From Chrysomallon squamiferum (Eukaryota; Animalia; Mollusca): DNA of 64,000 nt. The DNA lies in assembly GCA_012295275.1 (NCBI GenBank), contig CM022667.1:12896001-12960000 (forward strand), read 5' to 3'. The stretch's first letter is position 1. Each line of letters starts with the position of its first letter. The notes beneath the pieces are model-generated. The model did no database searches, was not told the DNA's origin, and saw only the letters and a list, made by a program, of their open reading frames with translations. Both the position numbers and the translations under genes were made by a program. Of this stretch, positions 51,345 to 64,000 are shown piece by piece.

Positions 51345-52319
51345 ATAGTAATATACTCTGTTATTTTACCTGGAACAATCACTGGAAAACCAATTCAGTA
51401 ATTATCTTTAAGTTACCTTACCTGCTGGTCCTCGTATACAAACCAAATATTTGAGATCTACTTGTGATACAATAGATCATTGAATGCTTTTAGAAATACT
51501 GTTATAGTAATTGGCTTTTTTTTATTAAAATTATATCATATATAAACATATGCATTGATTCTCTCTACTAGCAATCTACTTTAATTTTGTACAGTCTTAC
51601 CATTAATTTATATTAATTCTCTTTAATGGTAATACTTATTATTGCACACAGACATAACCATGGAGCACCGATTGACACTCTTTTTAAGTGGTAGCCAGCT
51701 TGAAGTAGGTGCAGGCTGGAAACTGAATCCAATAAATACTGCATGCTTCACTAACCACTTGTGTTTATAGTCCTTTCAGTCATCACTGAGCTCCAGTGGA
51801 CACACTGGATACCAGGCACTGGTCAGGCTTTTTCTTTTAGCCCTGTCATGGACATAATTGAAGTTTTCAAACTAGATTATTTTTTTACCTTGTCATACCG
51901 GCTTTGTGTCCAAAATGGGTGATAATAGAACTCAGCCATGTTATTTGAGATAATAATCCTTAGGGCTTTGTTATTGTCCATTTTTATGCTACACAAACTA
52001 TCAAAATAGTCAAAATGTGCTATTAGCAACCTTCTGCTTTCAGTCAACAAAACAGATGGGACAGATACTTTACCTGAAGCTCAACATTATTCATAATAAT
52101 TTATTTCTATTGTCACTGGTTGACTTATAACTTGGGTCAAGTTTGAGTTCAGGTCAAAGGTTATTTCCTTTTGTTAAAATTCCAAAAAAAAAAAATCATT
52201 AATTTAAATAAGAAATAAAATAATATTTTGTTTTTATTATTTATTTTAATTTTTTTATATATGTACTGAAATATAAAAGTAGTATGAAATTAAGTCTGTG
52301 TCAATGAAATAAATTTGCA

Positions 52320-52354
<35 letters not shown>

Positions 52355-55116
52355 GGAAAAAAACATTTAATAATAATTTAAAAAAAAATGGAAGTAGAAA
52401 AAACACAAAGAAACCTAAGATTAAAAACAGACATTGTAATATTGACATCTTTCACTTGCTGATATATTGATATGGATAATAATAATGTCTTTCTAATGAC
52501 TGTCATGGAATATACATTACTTAAATAGATATGCAATTAGCAGACGGATTCCAAAACAAAATTCACATGCAAATATTATTACTTTATTAACCATTATATG
52601 TTTATTGTTTATAAAATGAAAACTGGAAAAGGTAATTAAAGATAGTGGCATATAATTTGAAAACACTCCAAGAATTTATGACTTGATTTTGTTATTGTGA
52701 CATTATTGTTTTTTCTTTTTTTAAACTGAAAATTAAAGAAATATCTATAAAGAATGGCTCACATAACTGAGTGTCACACCTACAAAATTGTTAAAGAATT
52801 AAAAAATTGTAAGAAAGGTTAACAAAAAGAGGCCACATATTTCCCCCAACATTTATTGTGGAATGCCTTAGGGTAAATGTATCTGTCATTTTTATATGGT
52901 TTAGCATCCATTTGTCTTATTTTTATTATATCATACATTGCCTTATAACAGGTTTGAGGCACCTGCCACTGTACAATTTAGATGAAGTGTGTGATATATT
53001 TCTGGTATCTGCTATATGTTATAACTGAACTGCATTCAGATATCAAAGTTACGATCTTTTGTATTACAAACTAACATCAAAAGATCTGATAGACATCAGA
53101 TACCTTTCAAACAAACTGTGATCCTTCTTAAATTTCTTGTCTTTTTCGTTTTAAAAATAAAAATAAAAAATACATACATGTATATATATATATGTGATTT
53201 TACATCTAATATATATGTATTGAAATATGAATGTAGTATGAAATTAAATCTGTGGAAATATAATACATTTGCTGTATGTTATCATATAAAAAAAAAATGA
53301 AATATTGTATTTAGGTACCTTCTGATATCAAAATGAATGACTGTGGTTCTGTAAGACTAACTGTTTGTCATGTTGTGTTCTAGCTCATCATGATATAATA
53401 AGAATATTCCACTGCCTCTGTCTTACACTGATATCAGACACATTGTTTTCATTACTTATTTTATTAATATGTGCTTTCATTTACTCTGCATGTTAAGAAG
53501 CCAATGCTGAGATCCCTCCATATTGTATTCTGAAATAATAATCATTATGTGACACAGATGAAATAAAATTTTTTTTTAAAAAGATATGAATCAGATATAA
53601 CAAATATTTTTTAATTAGATATTAAAAAAAAAAAATAGTGTTAGGCATCAGATTTTAATATTTAACATGCAGAATAATTTAGAAAAGTACTTGTCCAGTT
53701 ATTAGGAATTCTGCAAAGCAGATGGATAATACCAACTGGAAATAAAATGATATATTTATTTGTCAGATATATAAAATGTGGAGAATGTGTATTGACAGTG
53801 ATTAGTGTATATTGTTAATAAAAAAAAAAAAAACACAAAACTAATGTGTAAACATACTATTTTGTTTCTGTATATGAACATATGCAAAACATGATGTGAC
53901 CTCACAGCAATACATTTTACCACATATTTTCTTTTTAATTTAGAAATTCATTTCAGTATTGATCTCTTCACAGTATGTTATAAAAAAAAAAAAACAGTTT
54001 CACTGTTGCACTTTATTTCCTGGTCATTGTTGATATAAAAGGATTCCTTGTTGCAGAATGATCTGGGCTCAAAGAATGACAAGTGAGGGTTTCTTCTCAT
54101 ACATTTTATTGTGGTTAAACTGAAAGTTTAAACCTTATCTAAGACTTTGTTTATTTTGTTAGAACTATAGGGAAAAGTTTAATAATAATAAATCAAAAAA
54201 AGAAAAGAATCAGTATAGTAAACTATAGAAATGAGCTGGGAAATAAGGCTTCAGAACAGGATTCTGCCAAACTTAAAGTAAAGGGAATGGCTTAACCTCT
54301 GTGTCTGGTTCTTGTTTTCATCAGAACTGTACATTAAATGTTATCATGAAGGTGGCATATGACCTTTGGCTAAGGTCAGACTTACAGCTGGTATTGGAAT
54401 GGATGAATGAATACATTCTTGTTCTCCTGACATCTAAACATGTCTGGTGTAGATTAAAATAATTGGACTGCTACAGAATCTCTGTCTGGGGCACAGAAAG
54501 CTGTTTTGTTTCAATGCTTTGTTTTCTTATCCTGTAAAACATTAATTAAACACTGGGGTATGTGCTGTTTGTAAACAGGTACACATGTAGTTGTTTGTTT
54601 CTTGATTTTTGGCAGCATGTCTGTGTTTTATGCAAATTTTATGTGTCAATATTTTTACCTGTTAAAGTTGTACCTAACTATATACATGACAGTTTTTAAT
54701 TTTTTAATTTTTTTTAATTTTTTTATTTTTATTTCCTTTTTAAGTGTTGTATATAATCAGCTTGAATTACATTTTTTTTACAATAAAGTTACATGCTTTA
54801 CTTGTCTATAATCTGTTCAATTTCTTTCATCTGAAAGTTTTAACTTCATGTTTGCTGTTATTTAACTGTGAAATGTATACATGTTTATCTGCCATTTTTT
54901 CACCTGCAAAAGTTATACTTGTGTTTTTGTGTAAATATTTCACCTGCAAAAACTTTACCTGTGCATATTTGATCTGTCACAGTTGGGATCATCAAAAGCT
55001 GTTGTATTTTCACAAGACAATCAAAATGCTTTCTGCATCTGTCCCACATTAAATATTACCATTAATCACAGATTTTCTACAATATAAGCATATAAAACAA
55101 AACTTATTGTTATTAC

Positions 55117-55148
<32 letters not shown>

Positions 55149-58100
55149 TTATTATTATTATTTTTATTTTTATTATTTTGTTGTTGTTGTGGTTTCAGGT
55201 TGAATAACTGAATATGTTTATGATCATTTCATGTTTATTATTATTATTATTATTATTTTTTTTTTTTAGAATATAAGTTTCAGTAATCAAAAAAAAAAAA
55301 AAACAGAAAAATAAAACAACACCAACAATTCATAATCAAAACAGACAATACCCTAAGGAGCTATAGACAAAAACAAAAGTCTATACATACAGACAAATAA
55401 ATAAAATAACAAATCATGTAAATATAAATGGGTCTTTCTACAGATGCAGTAGACTCATAAAAACAACAAAAACCACTATCAAATATCAAGAACACTATTT
55501 TCTTTCTATTCAAATTGTGTATTAAGCATTGTAAAATAATAAAAAATTTAATGTCATATTTATTTTCAGTACATAAAAATGTGTATGTATATATTATTGT
55601 CTCCATACCTCTTTATATCTGAAAAATTAGATTCCTTAGAAAATCATTAAAATGCTGTAAATACCTCTTTTGTGTGAAAAAACAACAAAAAAACAAAAAA
55701 AAATAATTAAAAAAAATAAGATTTTGATTACTTGGAAAATTATCACAATGCTATAAATATCTCTGTAACAGAACAAAAATAGATTACTTGGAAAATTATC
55801 ACAATGATGTAAATAACTTTCTGTATCTGAAAAAACAGATAACATAGAAAATGTTGACAATGCTGTAAATACCTTTCTGTATCTCAGAAAATAGATTATA
55901 TGGAAAATGTTCACAATACTGAACACACCTCTCAGTATCTGAAACAGATAACTTGAAAAATGCTGTTTATTTTTCTGATGACTTTTGGTCTGTAAATAGA
56001 GCCACACCTTCAACAGTTGATAAATTATTTTGCCATGACTTAGGAGATATCCGCTTTTATTGATCACTACCTTTAAACTCTCTTATGCATTCTGAAAGGA
56101 TGATTATATACAGGTTTTTAAATGTTTTTAGTGTTTTATTTTTTAAATTTATTTATTTATTTAATTATTTATCCACTATAAAAAAAAAAAAAAAAAAAAA
56201 AATGAAAAGAACATCACAATCATATCAACATCATCAAAAAGAAAGAAAAACAGTACAAAAAAAACCTCCATTCATTCATATAATAAACACTCAAAACAAA
56301 AATGACAAACCACTTCCCCAAAGCATAAACCTATATGCAAAAAAGAAGAGAAAGATCCTCATAACAACATTCCAAAACCAAAGAAACCATAAACAAATGA
56401 AAATAAAAACTAAAAATAAAAATAATCCATATAACAGAAAAAAAGAAAAACCAACAAAAAAACCAAAAACTGTAACTAATGTAACCATAATGTATCTTAC
56501 TATTTTACACTAATACCTTCTATATAATGTTTACTGTAAGCTGTTATTTTTCTCTCATTAACAACCTCAGCTCTAATCTCTGTTGTAACCAATTATTTTG
56601 TAACCTCTTCTGTAACCTTGTAATTTTTTTTTCTTGCAGGGTTCCGACCCTCTGATTCAGACAGCGCGTGGGAAATTGCAGACTAGACGATCCAAACTGA
56701 ACGACAAAATTAACAAAGAACTACGCATGCGAACAGGAGCTGAAAATCTCTTCAGGTATGTATAAAAAAAAGATAAGATGTTAAATGATTAACCTTACAT
56801 ACTACTTACTGGTCATAAAATTTAATCAGTTTTCTAACACAAAGCAATTGTTTAAATAACTTTGATTGTTTATTTTTATTTTTTTAATAATGAAAATTAG
56901 GTAACGAAAAAAAAAAGAGGTAAATATTATCTTTATTTTTTAGCAGGTGTTTATTACATCTGCATCTGTATAACTATTTGGATGTTGTTGGTTCTGTCTG
57001 ATTTTTTTTTTTTTTTTTTTTTTGGGGGTTAAATAGGTGTTCATTTTCTGTGTCTGTTCATTATTGGTAGGTTATGAAAAACAAATCCAAAGCAAGTCAT
57101 TCAGTCTAAGATAAAACTAAAATTAATATTTAAAAAATGTATTTTTTTTTGTCCATTGTAATTTATATTTAAGTCATTAAAATTAACATTGATGGTGTGT
57201 GAAAATAACAAAAGTGCATTTTGATTAAAAAAATATTGACAATTTTCATCTTCATTATTTATATATATATTCAATTCAATGATACAGTATGGATAACAAA
57301 AAAAATTAAAAATTAAAAATATCCCCAAAAAACCCAAAATAAAACCAAATTAGTTACTAAATTATGATAGTGATTATTAATATTTATGTTCAAGGTTGTT
57401 TATGGGTAATGTTATTTTTTCATTTCAGAAATGTTACATATTTAATATCTTTCAGAAATAATAACTGTGAATATAAAATTTAATGTAAAACTCTTTTAAT
57501 AATACTGACAATATTTCATTTAATTATACTGGTTAAAACATTATTTATGTTTTTTTATATTATAATATTTTTCATTATGTCATCACTGTAATATTTTGTG
57601 ACGTTTATTACATTTTTGTTTTTTAAATTGTGTTTTATTTAACTTAATTTTACCAGTAATAAGAGATGGAGTTTTAAATTCTTGAATGACAGAATATTAA
57701 CGACATTTAGACAAGTTGGTGGTTTGCCAGCTGTTTATTGCTTCAAATAGCTGATATGTCTTAAACTTGTGGGTCACTCTGAACTTCAAATGCCTTTGCC
57801 ATACACAGTGTTTACATTTTTCTTACTTAATCGTGTAATAGAAAGTAATATAAAACTTTGAAATTTAAATTAAAAAAAAAATACCCGTAAAAATTATCTT
57901 AAATAAATAAATGTATTAGCAAATGAAAAGTCATATTAAACAGGATTCCTATAAAATTAGTATATTATCAATACTTTGGAATGTAAAATAAAAAAATAAT
58001 TAAAAAATATATTCACTCATTTAGTAGCAAATAATTTTTTTTTATTGTAAATGAAGCTCATAAAACTGCTGTATAGTACATAAAATATTTCAGCATACAT

Positions 58101-60131
58101 TATGCATTTATCAGTATTTTAGATTATCAGTAAATACATTTTTTAGCACATGAAAAATTGTATTAAACTGAATTCATGTAAAAATGGTACCAGTAGTTTG
58201 GAATGTAAATAAATGAATACAAATGAAAACTTATATTAAATGAAAGTTCAACTGAAGGGTTATTATGTTTTCTGCACTTTGTATGTACATAAATAAAATT
58301 AAACATTATGAAATACTTGGTCTCTGTTTAAACAACAGATTGCTTGTGTTTTGCAACATTAATGATTATTTATACTTGTTTTAATGTAAAAATTATTTAT
58401 AGTTTATTGAACTTTAAATTTCTCAGATGTAGTTAATAGTTATACATGATTGTCTGTTTCCATTTTTTAAGTGACAATAAGTGGTCTTCAAAAACTGAAA
58501 TCTTAAAAATCAGTATTTATTATTAATTTTAATATTTGCATACTTCATCACATGCAAAGCAACATTTTGATGTTCACAAACAGATATATTTGTTTCACTA
58601 TGTTAAATGATTTGTTGAATGTTTCTTTATTAACAAAAATAAGTAAACAAGTTGTATATAGAGATATGGTCTGCATTTTTGATTTACATTTGTCAACTTA
58701 TTTATCAAATAGTAACTGTACAGTTAAATTATAATAACAGTACCACTTAATGCTTTCCAAATTTAGTGCAACTTCACTGGAGTCACTCTAGAAGTATTAA
58801 CATATTTAATTATGAGTCTCTGGAACCAACACTTTGATGATTTCAGTCATACCTGTGCAATACCAACATTATCAAACCTTAATAGTCGATTTCATATTTT
58901 ACTTTTAAATATCTAACTTTATACATTTTCAAGTTTAATTCATTTGTTTAATTTACATTTATCTGTCTTTAGATTGTGTGTTCTGATTTTTTTTTATTTG
59001 TTCTTTCTTTTTACCAGGGCTACAGCAAATAAGAAACTAAAGGAACAAGTTGCAGTAGAGTTGTCTTTCTTTAATTCCAGTATTCAACTCCTCAAGGAGG
59101 AACTATCGGACCTCAACAGTTCTGTGGACATTTACCAATACGACAAGTAACTATTTTATCTTTGTATATAATCAGAGCTCGTAACTGAAACATATCATAG
59201 TTACTTTTTATACTCCGTTTATTATCGTTTTTCTGCATGTGTTGATCATAGGATTTTTTTCATTTTTCTTTTTCTTTTTATATATATGTGTTTGAGTATC
59301 TGTGTGTGGTGAGTCCGTTCCTGTTTCTGTTATATTCTTAATTTGTATGAGCTTTGGTCTTTGATAATACGTGTCTGTGACTGCATATGTATGTCTGTTT
59401 CACTTTTTTTTATATACAAATACATGTTTGATCTTTGTAAATAAGCATCTTTGTTTGTATTTCTGAGAGTGTGAAAGATTGCATTAAGGAGAAATGATCC
59501 CAGAACCCATCATCCTTGAAGTAGACATAACTACTGGGCTGTTCTCTACTATTTCTGTTTCTGCATCAGTAATTTACGTTTTTTTTTTTTAAAGATTTTA
59601 TGCACTAAAAAACTTAACAAACCATACATTATTTGATAATTTTATTTTTTGCTTTATTTGAAATCTGACAAGATAAATATTTTCAGATGATTAGTAAGTG
59701 TTACAAGTATTAGTTACAAAATATGTTTGTATTTATATAAATTTGTCTGCCATTATTTATTTTTATTTTTTGTTTCTTTATTCGATACATTTTTTTTTTG
59801 GGGGGGTGCGAGTCTTTATTCTAATAATAATAATAATAATAATAATATTAATAATAAAGAGCATAAAAAATACAACTAAATAATGATAATAATAAAATTT
59901 TAAAACCCACAAAAACAACAAAACAAAACAATAAAAAATAAATTAAATTTTTTATTATTTTTATATAAATGGTAATATTTTGTCAGTTCTTCTGAAGTCT
60001 GATTGTGTTACACATTGGAGGTTGATTTTTCTTTTCTTTTTTATCAGAGAGAGGGATGTTATTGAATAACAATAAATCAATATTATACAAATTGAATTCC
60101 AATTTAATTTAAACAATAAATAAACAAAAAA

Positions 60132-60164
<33 letters not shown>

Positions 60165-63100
60165 TATAATTATAATTATAATCATATCACAACAAATGTA
60201 ATAATAAAATTAACTTTCAACATAACATTATAGTAGATATATTTTGCTGTCATTTTAAAAAGCAAATGGCATTTTATGTACTGCTGTGGGCACTTTTGAT
60301 TGACATCACCAAAGCACAAGGCAGTTATATATGACCTTATGACTTAAGAGAGTTTTATATGACCTCATAACCTTAAGTAATTTTATTTAACCGTATGACC
60401 CAGAATTGTTTTATGTAATAAGTCTTGGTTTTATTTCACACTTGAGAAGACATTTATTGCAAATTAGATAACTGTAAAAATCTACAGTAAGTAAGCATTA
60501 ATTTTTCTAAGGCTGTTTGTTTTTTGTGTTGTACAACAATTCCATGAAAGCTTTTGTTTTGTTTTTTTCTGTCTAAAGTTAGTTTGGATGTATAGAAGCA
60601 TTGAATAGGTTTTTGTAATAAAAATTTAAATTAAAATAAACTTGCCTTACATCACAATGAGTAGACAACTTTTCAAAATATTTTTTTATTTTTTTATTTT
60701 TAAATATTTTTTTTTTATAATCAACAACAACAGCAACTAAAACATTATTTATTTTAATTAATTTATTATTTAAATGTTTTTTTATTAATACGTCAAAGTT
60801 GTTTTTTCACCCTTACTTTTCTTTACTGAAATGGTCTTAATAGTACAAATGTCAGTAACAAGAACAGTAACAATTATTTGAAAAAGTAAGATAATACAGT
60901 AATAAATACTTTATTTAAATAAAATAAAAGTGAGAGAAAGAATAATTAATGTCACAGTGAATGTTTGGAACCATTAAGCAGGAAACATTACACCATGATA
61001 TATAAATCTAGTTATTACAGTGACACAAAACATTACTCAAAACAATGGCTGTTATTTTCCCTTTCAGTAATGTTTCATTACCAGTGGTTCCAAAATGTAT
61101 ATATATAAATAAGTAAATCAAAAAAAAAAAAAAAAAAGAAACCTAATAAATTAAACAAATATAATAATCTCAAAGACGAAATAATAAAAATGAAAATAAA
61201 TGCATGAGTCAGATTAAATAGCTTCAAGTTCTTTTTAAAAGCATAAAGGTTTTTTTTGCATTATTGTGTTGTGTGTGTGTATAGATGTGTGTGTGTCCAT
61301 ATGTAAATTATATAAGTTAAATCTATTTCGGTAGAAATGTTTTTATGAAAATACTTTGCTGTTAATTTAAAAGTATAAACTTAAACTCATTTTGTATGCA
61401 GTAAGTTTATGACAAAACAAAAAAAAAAAATTAAAATTAAAAAAAGAATAACAAAAGAATGAAAACTGAAAAGAATAAAAAAATACTTTAAAATCAACCC
61501 CTTCCAACCCTCCTCATATTTGAAATGCAAAACCCCCCTCCCAAAAATAAAATTAAAAAATTAAAAATTAATGAAATAAAACCTGAAAATAATACAAAAA
61601 AAATAATTTGGTTAAAGGCATGTCTATATATATACACATTTTTTATTATTATTATTATTTTTTATAATTTCATATGAACAAATTGGCAATGTATAAAACT
61701 ATAAATAAAAGATTTCAAGAAAACACACATGAGAAAGCTGATGATTAGATTTACTAAGTAGTTATTATTCAGAGCTAGTACCAGGAATGTTTGTTGTTCA
61801 CACACAGCAGAGACAGCATCCATACTAATGTCATGACTGTCTGTAACATCAGCTCAGTAGTTTGTGCAGGTATAATGAACTTGGGGGTTAGAGAGATAGC
61901 AAGGGGCTGGATGGTTTCAGGATCAAATCTGCTTGACGTTCTAATTTTTACTCACTATTTTTACTCACGGCCATGTGCATTCTTTATTTTAATGTTAGAA
62001 AAGTTCTAAGTTCAAGACCTAAGAGTTGTGGCCTTAATTCTCCTTATAATTATTTCCCAATCTGGCTGGTTCTCCAAAAAGCTCCATCCCTGAAAATAAA
62101 GTGTGCATGAAAGATATCTTGATGTTAATCAGTATCAGTATATAGACAATAACATCAGCTTTGTTTTCTCATTAACACAACCATGTCTGCCTCTTTAAAT
62201 CAGTTAATAATGAAATGTTTTAAGATGTTATCAGACATTCATATGTTGATTATGAAGACTCCATATACACAGATAAATTATACACAAATTCATAAAATAA
62301 AGAAATGAAAAATTTAAAAAAATACATTTTCTTTTTTTCTTTCTTTTTTTAAAAATATTTTTGTTCTGTTAATCTTACTTATTTTGTTGTTTTCTTACAG
62401 TTCAAAATGTTCTCCCATGATTCCACTGGGCTTGAAGGAAACCAAGGAAGAAGACTTCAGGGTTCCATTAATGGTTTGTGACTTTTAAAAAAAAAAAAAA
62501 AAACATACAACATTCTAATTATATAAATCTTATCTATATCTGTCCTTTAATGGTTTTATGATCCAAACTAATGTCTCATATCTTTGGTAGTAGACTGTTC
62601 CACACACCTTGCTCCAAATAAAATATTAAATGTAACTTTTTATTATTATTTTTTTTTTTTTTTTGTAATATCATTTTTTAAATAAAAAAGTTAAAAAGAA
62701 ATTTTAAGAATATAATAATAATATTGTAGCAGAAAGCTGTTATATTTAATTAAATAAAGGTATACAAACAAAGATAATCAAATAATTTACAAAGTTGATG
62801 TATTTATCAGTTACATTAGATAAAGTTGCTGACTCTTGTTATTGTCATACTTTATTGTTACCAAAGGTTGATGACCACCTTCAGATAAATCTAATGAAGA
62901 CCACTAATACTGCATATCTTTATTTATCTTTTATTTTTGGCTGTCTAGCACTTAATTAATTAACTATGAGGCTATAATGATTGTTGCTACAGCTACAGAA
63001 ATGTGTTTTCTTTGCAGGATGTTATCCTGGAACATTACAGTGAAGATAGTAAAGACTATGAAAAAGAAATCCAAGAATTAATGGATATCAGACAGGTAGC

Positions 63101-63825
63101 ATTGTTATAATATATAGATGTAATGTACACATACAACAAATAATACATATTTATTTATCTATAGAATGTGTATGTGCATGTACACAGTCACCTATGCATG
63201 CACATGCACATATTCAAACACATGTACAAAAGCATGCAGACATGCATGCACATATGTATACCATATGCTGTTGATCTTTAATTTCATGAACTAATAGGGG
63301 AAAGCACTAGTCTGAAAAATGCAAACGTCTGGGAATTTACTGAAATATTAAACTTTAGCACACATAATAGTTATATAGCTCAGTAACATAATAATGTAAG
63401 AACAATATCCAGACTTAAAAACAAATGTCGTACAGAATAACTTAATAGTATCTAGAGATAAGGTTTCAAGATTTGGTCTAGATTTCACAAACAGTACACA
63501 CAGGTCAACAGTATATGCAGACAGTGTCTATCTGTGTATATAAGTGAGCACATGCATGCATGAATGCCATTAAAGTGAATATACAAATATTCTTTAACAC
63601 ATGCTTATAAACATGCATAAATGTACCTACATAAATCTTAGAAAAACCCTAGACTAAATTCTTTTTTTTTTTAAATATATGTTTGTTTTTACCTTTTCAG
63701 GCAATCCGAACACCTTTACGAGACCCTTCAGGTGTAGAACTTTTAATTGAATATTTTAATCAACTGTATTATGTAGAAAAAAGATTTTTCCCTTCTGATA
63801 AAAGTCTACCAATTCACTTTCACTG
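44442..63825 (+). CDS. RHPN2: Rhophilin (Rho GTPase effector; HR1 + start of BRO1), 3'-partial: join(44442..44537,56640..56755,59018..59146,62401..62473,63018..63095,63701..>63825)
   Basis: Spliced product ...HNRK|GSDPLIQTARGKLQ...RMRTGAENLFR|ATANKKLKEQVAVELSFFNSSIQLLKEELSDLNSSVDIYQ...PMIPLGLKETKE...DVILEHYSED...YFNQLYYVEKRFF is typical of rhophilins; all phases are consistent. Confidence 0.93.
49640..50150. repeat. Highly degenerate minisatellite (GATTAGAAAATGTCT-like core) interrupted by (GT)n
   Basis: Recurrent GATTAGAA/GATCAGAA...TCT(T/A)GAGATATT motifs in Rhophilin intron 1. Confidence 0.55.
55605..55965. repeat. ~56-bp degenerate minisatellite in Rhophilin intron 1
   Basis: GATTACTTGGAAAATTATCACAATGCTGTAAATA...TCTGTATCTGAAAA-like units at about 55727, 55781, 55838, 55894 and 55947, with an older unit near 55630. 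Confidence 0.75.
56640..56755 (+). CDS. RHPN2: Rhophilin exon 2 (HR1 domain, N-terminal part)
   Basis: TTGCAG| acceptor; GSDPLIQTARGKLQTRRSKLNDKINKELRMRTGAENLF; AG|GTATGT donor. Confidence 0.93.
59018..59146 (+). CDS. RHPN2: Rhophilin exon 3 (HR1 domain, C-terminal part)
   Basis: TACCAG| acceptor; ATANKKLKEQVAVELSFFNSSIQLLKEELSDLNSSVDIYQYD; AA|GTAACT donor. Confidence 0.93.
62401..62473 (+). CDS. RHPN2: Rhophilin exon 4 (BRO1 start)
   Basis: CTTACAG| acceptor; SKCSPMIPLGLKETKEEDFRVPLM; ATG|GTTTGT donor. Confidence 0.9.
63018..63095 (+). CDS. RHPN2: Rhophilin exon 5
   Basis: TTGCAG| acceptor; DVILEHYSEDSKDYEKEIQELMDIRQ; CAG|GTAGCA donor. Confidence 0.92.
63701..63825 (+). CDS. RHPN2: Rhophilin exon 6
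   Basis: TTTCAG| acceptor; AIRTPLRDPSGVELLIEYFNQLYYVEKRFFPSDKSLPIHFHW; TG|GTAAGT donor. Confidence 0.93.
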
Positions 63826-64000
63826 GTAAGTTTTACACCAGTTCAACACAAATTGGTTTTGCTAATACCATATCATAATATTATGTATGGCAACTGTTTA
63901 ACAGTCCTTTCACCTGTAAATTTAATGCCCATATAACTTTAGACAAAGTTTATCAATGTGACAAATTTAGTTCATACTGCAGTAATAGTTTATTATTATT

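Noticed and set aside
55636-56513. Two ~143-aa ORFs in Rhophilin intron 1
   Set aside because: Derived from a 56-bp minisatellite and A-rich low-complexity sequence; no domains.

Overview
AT-rich, microsatellite-rich eukaryotic (animal, probably invertebrate) DNA with three recognisable intron-containing genes. (1) The 3' part of virilizer/VIRMA (m6A-writer scaffold), + strand, about 21 exons from position 1 to the stop at 16344, ending GRHIRSFTK*. (2) An RNF151/NRDP1-like RING-TRAF-zinc-finger-coiled-coil E3 ligase, - strand, single coding exon 32416-33258. (3) The 5' part of Rhophilin (HR1 + start of BRO1), + strand, from 44442 past the window end. Most ORF-track entries are microsatellite artefacts. 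The most unusual signal is in VIRMA, where three splice junctions are tandemly amplified: a 31-unit, 1.8-kb array of 3' splice sites (8158-9985) in which only the last acceptor gives an open frame, a 6-unit donor array (3712-4112) and an eroded 31-bp donor array (55-295). VIRMA also shows a 1-nt frameshift in a conserved motif and one damaged-looking exon, both possibly assembly errors. Between VIRMA and the RING gene lie a CpG-poor block with exon-like islands, a ~395-bp tandem array with a hypervariable cassette, and an orphan duplicated CRE+E2F promoter-like module. Family assignments rest on my recall of protein motifs, not on database searches.
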